Source: Octopus bimaculoides
Lineage: Eukaryota
Direction: 5' to 3'
DNA length: 62,049 nucleotides
NCBI RefSeq assembly: GCF_001194135.2
Contig: NC_068995.1
Location: 34,504,559-34,566,607 of the forward strand
Made by a program: the position numbers and the translations under genes. Position 1 is the stretch's first letter; each line of letters begins with the position of its first letter. Below the pieces are notes generated by a model that was not told the DNA's origin, did no database searches, and was given only the letters and a program-made list of their open reading frames with translations. Of this stretch, positions 52,871 through 62,049 are shown piece after piece.

Positions 52871-53129
52871 AAATACATTTATGTTTTGAGAAACAAAGAC
52901 AAACATTTAGAATTTAAAAGTGCACGACCTCTTTGAAAATATGCCGATCCGTATAAACAAAGTATTCGCATTCACCGTCTTTGTATCTTGGAAGTAAAAA
53001 AAAAAACTTGCACGTCAGGGATATTCATAACAAGAATTCTGAATAAATCTCCTTCTGCCGCATATAATACCAAGTACTATCAAGCTTGAAACCGTACTAA
53101 GTTAAACGTGCATTAAATTATACCGAGAC

Positions 53130-53525
53130 AAAGGCGGTGAGCTGGCAGAAACGTTAGCGTTACCTTCTGAGTTCAAATTCCGCCGAGGTTGACTTCGCCT
53201 TTCATCCTTTCAGGTTCGATAAATTAAGTACCAGTTACGCACTGGGGTCGATATAATCGACTTAATCCGTTTGTCTGCCCTTGTTTGTCCCCTCTATTTG
53301 TTTAGCCACTTGTGGGCAATAAAGAAATAAGAATCGTTAGCACATCGGGCAACTTGTTTAGCGGCAGTCCATCCGCCTTTACGTTGAATTCAAATTCCGG
53401 CGACATCGACTTTGCCTTTCATCATTCAAGGCTCAATAAAACAAATCCCAGTCAAGCACTGGAGTAGATGTAATCACTTATCTCCCCACCTTAAATTTCA
53501 GGCCTTGAGACCGTAGTAGAAAGGA
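53130..53525 (+). mobile_element. Two tandem SINE family A copies (the first is the long-tail subfamily)
   Basis: aggcggtgagctggcagaaacgttagc...gagttcaaattccgccgagg... Confidence 0.85.
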
Positions 53526-53621
53526 AATTATACCGAGTCATTCTTCTTATACTATAATTCTCATCAATGCTAAGTTATTAGCTTTCATTTTGAACAATGT
53601 ATATATGTTGTCAGCATAAAC

Positions 53622-53689
<68 letters not shown>

Positions 53690-54196
53690 GTGTGTGTGTA
53701 TATATATGTGTGTGTGTGTGTGTGTGTTTGTGTGTGTATGTGCGAGCACACGCATACACACATATATATTACTTGATGTATATAAGAGTTAGTACACTTA
53801 TTTATTTGTGTGTTATTCGAACATGACTTCAGTCCAGACGTACTGTATAAACCCCAACTTCAAATAGACGATTAATCATGTAACAAGTCTATCAGAATAA
53901 AGAAATAAATAAAATGACTTTTAAAATATGTCACAAGTTGAGAGACGTTAATATCACGATGGTTTATCTTAACGGAAGTGGCGGGAAATTTCTCGATTAG
54001 TTATTTGATAATATTTATGTGTGGGTATATCTTGGAAGTTCGAGATTACGAAATGTAATACCAACACTCTCTATCTCTCACTCGATATACATACATACAT
54101 ACATACATATATATATATATACATACATACATACACACATACACACATACACACCTATGCATGCATACATACATGTATGTGTGTGTATATATATAT

Positions 54197-54246
<50 letters not shown>

Positions 54247-54284
54247 ACACATACATTCACACATACATATACACACACAGAGAT

Positions 54285-54342
<58 letters not shown>

Positions 54343-54494
54343 ACGCACATATGAATCAGGTACTCGTCTAAAAATCTATTTACGGAATGTATAATAGGAA
54401 TATAATTGAATACGAATAAACAAATGCAATAACCTAATGAGACTATTACTTCTCACATATTACATGTATTCGTCTGTCCGTCTGTCTATCTGTG

Positions 54495-54549
<55 letters not shown>

Positions 54550-54608
54550 ATGTATGTATGTATCTGTGTGTATGTATATATGTGTGCGTCTGTGTTTATT
54601 TGTATATA

Positions 54609-55825
54609 CACAGACATGACAAAAATAAATAGACACCCCATAAAAAATGTTTTATGTTTATTTCAACTTGAAAATGTTTATATTTTTTATTAATGGACAT
54701 TTTTATGTTTCTGGTTCTATATGTAACTGTTCAACCATGCCACATACAAAAGAAGCCTTGGAACTGTCCAAATTTCAAAGAGGCCGTATTGTGTGTCAAT
54801 TTGAAAGTGGACTTAACATAAAATCGCAGAGAACCTTGGAATCCCGCTTTTTATATTGTGAAATTTAACAGAGAGGGTAAGGAGTCCACATCACCTTACC
54901 TAAGTCGGCCAGGGCCCTCTGACAGAATCCTTTGCTTTGGTAAGTGTGGAGTATAATCCTCATTGCAAGGCCTCTGGAATAGCAGAACAATTTGATGTCA
55001 GTCCTAGACAGCTGCCAGGTATCTCCACAAACTTGGCTACTATGGCAGAGCAGCAAGAAGGAAGCCACTTCTCCAACCAGCCAGTATCAAGTGCAGAAAA
55101 GACTGGGTTAGTGAGATGATGGAATGGCCGCTAGTATTTTGGGACACTATCATATTCTCTGATGAGCCCAGATTTGCAGTATTTTCTGAGAGTTCTCACG
55201 TGGGGTCTGGAGACTCAGTAATCAAGAATTTGGCATGAAAAGATTTCTGCCAACAATGAAGCAAGGCATGGGGAGCAATTTGGAGCAATGGTCAATCAGA
55301 GCTGGTGGTGTGTGATGAAAACATAAACTTAGATAAATATGTATCTATGTTGCAGAAAAGACTCCTTCCAATCTTCTCCAATAGTGAAATGATTAAAGAA
55401 GATTCTTTATTTATGGATGATGGAGCTCCGTATCACATGGCTAAAAAGACCCAAGACTGATTGGAAAAGAATGGCATTAAAATACTTCCATGGCCAAACC
55501 GGTCACCAGATATGAACCCTCTTGAACACCTCTGGGGCATAATGGACAAGACACTTCGTAAAAAGAACAAGAAAGCGTCCTCAAAGCCAGGTCTTTTGAG
55601 ATCACTGCATGAAACTTAGTAAAAAATTCCTCAAGAGAATACTCGTCATCTCATCAGTAGCATGCCTCATAGGATCCTTGCATTGAAAAATGCAAAAGGC
55701 ATGTCTAGTAAATATTAGATATTCACATTAAAATAATTACTGAATAATTTTAATGTATAATTTCCGATTTAAACAGATCAAATTTTATTGATTATAAGTG
55801 TCTATTTACTTCGGTCATGTCTGTG
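54609..55825 (+). mobile_element. Full-length inactivated Tc1 transposon (DD34E)
   Basis: TIRs cacagacatgac.aaa.taaatagacac with TA on both sides. Translates to MPHTKEALELSKFQRGRIV, FSDEPRF and MDDGAPYH...WPNRSPDMNPLEHLWG, with 34 residues between D and E; stops and frameshifts present. Confidence 0.92.
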
Positions 55826-56671
55826 TATTTAAATACACATGAGAATATTGGAAAAATAAAAATGAACCCTGGTGTATATTGAAGTTCATCACTGCGGTTG
55901 TTTGGAGCCTTGCAAAAGCTGTTTCAAATTCATATAGATTCTCAAACAAAACGGATTCTTCTCTATATTCATTTGGAACATCTATCGCAAGTCACCAAAT
56001 AACCATAATGGTGAAATGCACGTAGGAACTTTAATATATATACCTGTGCTTATCCTTATTTTTTCTACATTTTCTCTATAACTGATAATACTCCTCAGTA
56101 TAGTAGATAATTAAAAACTACACGGAAAGCAGAGTAGATTATGAAAATCTACCCGATGCTCTAAACATAACAGTAGCGATCTTACATATGTTTGTACACA
56201 TAGATTCTGCTGTATATGTATATGTATATATAACATTTTAGCTAGGTGTAAAATACACCTAAGGGATATTAAATATCCGAAGAATTTACTGGTTTATATT
56301 ACCTGTATCAATAACAATGTTATTCCAATAGGTAAATAAAAAAATAAGCATACAGTTTATTAATATATAAATATAAATGACATTAAAAAACTTCCATGGT
56401 TAATAAATAAGAAATGGAAAACAAAACAATGATAAATGTTTGTGTGCGTGTGTGTGTTTGGAGTCATAGATAGACAGATATGTTGAGAAGAAGTACTCAA
56501 TACAATAAATAGAGTGCAGCAGCTGGCCTAGCGGCTAATTAGTCTGTGCCATGCAGCCACTTCTTCGGGCAAGTCTAAAGTGGCTAGTTTGAATCTGGGG
56601 AACAAGCAACTGCACCACTTGGAAAATTCAATATAACAGTGCATGTATATCGCCTAAAGCAACTACATTGA

Positions 56672-56742
<71 letters not shown>

Positions 56743-57123
56743 TAATAATAATAATGATAATAATAATAATAATTCAAATTATGACAAACGTAAATAAACA
56801 AACGAAGCTTGCTTTTAGAAGCGTTGAGATGTCTTTTAGAAAGTTAAAGAAGTGATTTTAAATTCTCAATCGCAGAATAATGCAAATAATATAGCCTGAA
56901 CAGGATAAACTACCCCTATTTTGTAGAGAAAAGTGTAGGTGGCTAAGCAATAACAACAGCAACAACAACAATAACAATAATAATAATAATAAACTATCAG
57001 TATGCAGAAAGCCTCCGTCTCGGTTAGACGTGCAGAGTTCGTTTCTGCGTTTCTGCGTATTAATGCCTGCTTTCAGTGACATATTTTGACGGCTCACTTC
57101 AGACAGTCCTTCAGTTGTCATAC

Positions 57124-57222
57124 CATAGAAACTGCACTTCAAATGGAAGTGGAGTTTGTCATTGAATTTATCATTGAATGTAGTCTGTCCGTCGGTACGG
57201 CGAAGACCATCGTTGAATACGT
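57124..57222 (-). CDS. Candidate 99-nt internal exon (phase 1-1), xVFNDGLRRTDGQTTFNDKFNDKLHFHLKCSFY; gene unidentified
   Basis: Acceptor ggtttatttatttgttctaacag|, donor |gtatga; open frame; length is a multiple of 3. Confidence 0.5.
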
Positions 57223-57391
57223 CTGTTAGAACAAATAAATAAACCGAATATGGCAGAAGGTATGCCAGAAGTAATAACACTATAACAATTCTGTTGGTTT
57301 TTCTTGTCAAATAAACGGGAGCTTTAGCCATTTGTTATTTCACAATGGGTGTGCATTCCACGTTGGCGAGTAGAAAATGCAGTCTCGACAC

Positions 57392-57481
<90 letters not shown>

Positions 57482-57559
57482 ACACACACACGCACCCACA
57501 CACAACACTTATGTATATGCATGTATGTACGTGTGCCTGTACGTACGTGTGTCTGTCTT

Positions 57560-58760
57560 TTTTTGCGGATGGCATTGTAAATTGTTTTAGCAACAACGTC
57601 GTGCTGCATAGGGAGGTAGTGCCGTTACGACATTTTAGGACAACTACTAATCAAAAGCGTAATGTCTTCCATAGAAACATGACATAGCCTACACAGCAGT
57701 TGTACCTTGGGATTGCAAGAGCGTCAGTGTCTCTCTTGTTCACCAGGTACTTTGTGGCAATCTCCTGTTCCTGGATTGCAAACGCACAGCCTTTAAAGTG
57801 TGATGTAGTGTCAATTCTACTGTCTTCTTCAAGCTTCAGAGCATGGTCTTTTTGTTTTTGTTTTTGTATGCTGAGTGCTTTCCATCCAGGTCTTCTCTGA
57901 GGTAAGAGAGCCCAGCTGTTTTGGGGCTGTAGTGTTTCTTGAGGAGTTCACTGCCAACTCATACAATGTTACTCACTTCACTTTTCAGAACTGCATTAAT
58001 ATATTTATTTTTGCTGCTGTTGTTTAGCAAGTGCTGTCTGAGTGATATCATACGGCATTCGAAGGCCGTCTGCACTGATCTCACGTCTCTACCACCTTCA
58101 TTTCTTAGGTAGAGCCTGTCAACATCACTGTTTCTGTGGAAGTTCCCAGTCGTCAGGATTTTGTGGATTTTGGTATCTATGGAGTGGATTTCCTCTGCAG
58201 ACCAATCAAATATCCCAAATGTTGACATCAACACTGGTACTGAAAATGCATTGTGGGAAATTGTTTTGTTGTAAGAGGAGAGTTCCGACTGCCATATTTT
58301 CCTAATTTTACTCTAATATCCTCGGGTCACTCTATCTTTATTCGCAGTGCCTACATATGATATATTTTCGTCTATGCCTAGTTACTTGTAACATTCTTTG
58401 TGTGGAATGGGGAAGGAGAAAGAGACCATTGATGCATAGGTTTGGGGTTTGGGGGACTGACTTTCCTCGTTCTATAACCAAATTTGTGGCCAAATTCCAT
58501 GCCTATATCAGCTGAAAATGTCAATAATTCCAGTTGTTTTTTTCGGCATTGTTAACAATTTTAGCATAAATCTTCGGGTCGTCTATAAAGAAATTATGAG
58601 TTATATTGATATTTCTGGCCGCTGAAGATCCTAGCATGTAACCATTTGTTTTGTACAGTAGGAACGATAATGGATTCAGTGATAAAACGAAAAGAAGTAC
58701 AGAAAGACTATCTCCCTGGAATATTGCCTTTGCGATGCATATACTATTAGAAACAATTCT
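57560..58760 (-). mobile_element. Dong/R4-clade LINE RT-to-zinc-knuckle fragment
   Basis: AIFQGDSLSVLLFVLSLNPLSFLL, THNFFIDD, TGNFHRNSDVDRLYLRNEGGR and ISSCPKMS..YLPMQHDVVAKTIYNA; frameshifts. Confidence 0.85.
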
Positions 58761-59035
58761 AATAGTTTGTTTTGTAATACATTTCTTCCACCCCTTTAAT
58801 TCTCTATTTCATTTGTACTCTGTGTATGTCGGTCCTTTTTATTTAAATAAATGTTTACACATTTTTGTACTTCATGTATTTAATATACATTATATATTGA
58901 TTTGTCTAATTACCTTAATCCCTATATTTAATCATATATATATATCCCTTAAAAATAAGATTATGTTTTAGGGTCAAGTACCCAATTACATATAGCATGA
59001 TGGAGAAAATTATTTATTTAGATGATGGCACTTAC

Positions 59036-59114
59036 AAGGTTAGCCACGTTTATTTAGAATTCGAAACCACCAGGCAAAATTTAGAAGCCCGAAGCATGCC
59101 TCAAGTACTATTTC
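59036..59114 (-). other. Candidate 79-nt non-coding (UTR/lncRNA) exon
   Basis: Acceptor gtttttttttatttag| and donor |gtaagt, but stops in all three frames. Confidence 0.3.
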
Positions 59115-59607
59115 CTAAATAAAAAAAAAACAAACATAAATTTGCACACGCACACGCACAGACACACACGCACACGCACACATACACACGCATATATTCA
59201 CATATATGTATATGTGTGTGTAAATATATATATTCAAGCACACATGTATATATATGTATACATGTGTGTGTCTGTGTGTGCGTGTGACAAAATGTGTATA
59301 AATATACACACAAACATATATACTCATGAAATAAATGATTAGGGAGAATCTATGCTTAATATTAGCTTAGCTATCATTTAATAGGCTGTTCATCTATTTA
59401 GGTTTCAATTATAAGTGAGTAAACCAATGAATTGGTTGCCTACTCAGACATATCAAATCAAGTCAGAGATGTTAGAAGTGAAAAGAAATTACTATTCGCA
59501 GAAATTCACATAACTTTGTGTATGTTTATAAATACATGAATACCCATACACACTCATATATGATTATCTGCATACATCAATCAAAATATAAGAATTGCAA
59601 AGCATGC

Positions 59608-59647
<40 letters not shown>

Positions 59648-59895
59648 ATTTATATGTATGTATGACTGTCTGTATGTATTTCTGTATGGATGTAACACGA
59701 AGAACAGGCATTATCGTATATGTGTACTATGTCAAAACCTGACGGTCTGTGCCAGTTTCCACTTTCGACAGTTGACATAAAACAGAAGGTGAAACTCGAG
59801 TAAAATGCCAATTTTTCATAGGATTATATACGTACACACATACATGCATGCATACATACATGCTTGCGTACATACATGCATACATACATGCAGAT

Positions 59896-59932
<37 letters not shown>

Positions 59933-59972
59933 TGTGTGTGTACGTGTACGTGTGTGCGAGTGNNNNNNNNNN

Positions 59973-60025
<53 letters not shown>

Positions 60026-60104
60026 GACAAGCACACATTGTTTATTAATATTCAAGATATAATTTTTATTTTCGCATCTATATTAGATTACACAATCGTT
60101 TCTT

Positions 60105-60779
60105 CGGATCTATTTTAAAACGGGGGCGCCAGTTTTCATTTATGTTTTATGTAGTGTTTTTGGTACGGAAAGACTTTCAAACTTCGTATACTTATCTATT
60201 TTGTGTTATAGAACAGAAAAATATTTTTGTATTCGAATTTATTTCATGTAAAAAATTGTCTTATTTCGATAATTTCTACTAATCACTGACGTCTATTCAG
60301 TTGAAAACAGTTAGCGCTGTAACGGTGTATATCGTATTAATCCCCTAACCCTAACACTAACCCTAACTAGACTGTTAACCGTAACCGTAACCGTAACCCT
60401 AACCCTAAAACTAACCCTAACTCGAGAATCCGAACTCTAAAATTGTTACACACATAGATACGCACAGCGTAATTTATTATATAAACAATATATGCGTATA
60501 AATTACGATTAAACCGGATGAAATATGTCACAGGGAATAACATTTTTATGACCGCCGAGCAGTAAGTCTATTGAGCTGAATAGACGTCAGTGATTGGTTG
60601 AAATTACAGAAATACGACAACTTTAACATGGAATAACTTGCAAATTCCTTTTTTTTGTTAAGAAGACTAAGAGTAAAAGATGTTTTATATGACACATTCT
60701 ACCAGTGTCCCAAGTTTCAAAGTGTTTCGTTAGTGTTTCGTTAAGAAAATACTGGCGCCCCCGTTTTAAAATAGATCCG
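60105..60779. mobile_element. 675-bp non-autonomous TIR element with a 6-bp TSD and an internal telomere-like tract
   Basis: Perfect 29-bp TIR cggatctattttaaaacgggggcgccagt; TTTCTT on both flanks; (CCCTAA/CCGTAA)n at about 60345-60422. Confidence 0.85.
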
Positions 60780-61242
60780 TTTCTTCGCCTTTTGAAGAAG
60801 ATAGAAATATCAAAATACATTCTTTCCTACGTATATGTATATTGTATACACATATGTATGTACATACTTGTAAACTCGTACATATGCTATAAAGGTGCGC
60901 TTGTTTGTGATACATGCATGAGTAAATATATGCGACGCGTTTGCGGATTATACGTTCACATTTATTAAGATTATACACACACACACACACACACACACAA
61001 ATCTATCAACATCTACACTGAAACCTCCTCCAGTCATAGAGGCACATACGCGGATATAGACCCATATAAACCTTCATGTACCCACACACTCACATGTACA
61101 TAATATCTATCTATCTATCTATCTATCTATCTACCCATCCATCCATCTATCCGCCTGTTGTCTGTCTATCTAACTATCGTCGTCCGTCCGTCCGTCCGTC
61201 AGTCTGTCTGTCCGTCTGTCTGTCTGTCTGGCTGTCTGTCTG

Positions 61243-61283
<41 letters not shown>

Positions 61284-61802
61284 GCACACAGGCACACGTA
61301 CATATGCTGAACGCTCATGCACGCACTCTCTCATGTGCAAGCGCACGCGCGCACAATATTCATACGTAGCATGTAATGTTAATGGGATTTGAATATGTAC
61401 GTCTTCAGGAAGAGAAAACAAGGACGAAGACTGCGAAACTGAATGTAGTCTCTTTTGTTGTAATTCAGATCGAACTCGTTGTTGATCCTTGGAACTATGT
61501 ACTCAGGCATTCTTTCAACGATCACACGATATTATTCTGTGTATCTTGCCTAGTTTAAGGAAAGATGGTTCCGATTTGAACGAGATGGTGGCTATTTCTA
61601 CCGAACTGACAAATATCCCATCAAACAGAGAATTGTTTTCTTTTTTTAGTTCACATTTTTTTTTACGAACACTCTGAGTAACGGTATTTTGTCTTTATAG
61701 AATCGATTTCATTGTAGAAAATTCTTTTCACGAGAAATATATTTTGTTGTGTCGGGTATTTTTCTGATAAATTTAGTATACTTACAGAAGTACATATGTA
61801 TA

Positions 61803-61836
<34 letters not shown>

Positions 61837-61853
61837 CATACATGCATGCATGC

Positions 61854-61910
<57 letters not shown>

Positions 61911-61935
61911 CCTATCTATCTATCTATCTATCTAC

Positions 61936-61974
<39 letters not shown>

Positions 61975-62049
61975 AGGGTGCGTTGTCAGGGCTAGGATGC
62001 GTGCTCTAAGAAACGAAGGTGTTGGAGCCGCACGAGAGGCCCGGGTGGC
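61975..62049 (+). mobile_element. Start of a probable Tx1/L1 ORF2 fragment running off the window
   Basis: GC-rich, [24 protein letters not shown] resembles the GAxxRxR linker of Tx1/L1 ORF2. Confidence 0.4.

Noticed and set aside
61461-61535. Plus-strand acceptor and open frame IELVVDPWNY...
   Set aside because: No convincing donor and an isolated occurrence

Overview
Eukaryotic, AT-rich, gap-ridden draft-assembly DNA packed with microsatellites and short tRNA-derived SINEs. The repeat families look like those of a coleoid cephalopod such as Octopus (inference from recall, not a search). No complete protein-coding gene, rRNA, true tRNA or CRISPR array is visible, and nearly all ORF-track entries are microsatellite or N-gap artefacts. 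Supportable features: about 40 SINE copies or fragments in three families; decayed LINEs of the Tx1/L1, Dong/R4 and CRE clades; a full-length dead Tc1 (TA TSD, DD34E); several TIR/foldback elements; and 4-5 candidate small minus-strand exons of an unidentified large gene. The most striking unexplained signal is eight minimal type-I hammerhead ribozyme (HHR) motifs in five unrelated sequence families. Most have a self-complementary helix III, and three families sit in inverted-repeat structures typical of Penelope-like element (PLE) termini. One copy is fused behind a tRNA-like Pol III head, making it a candidate PLE/ribozyme-tailed SINE. Another forms a 114-nt hairpin with canonical Microprocessor motifs on the opposite strand, making it a candidate ribozyme-derived miRNA. 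All structures were folded and aligned by eye, and coordinates of decayed repeats are approximate.
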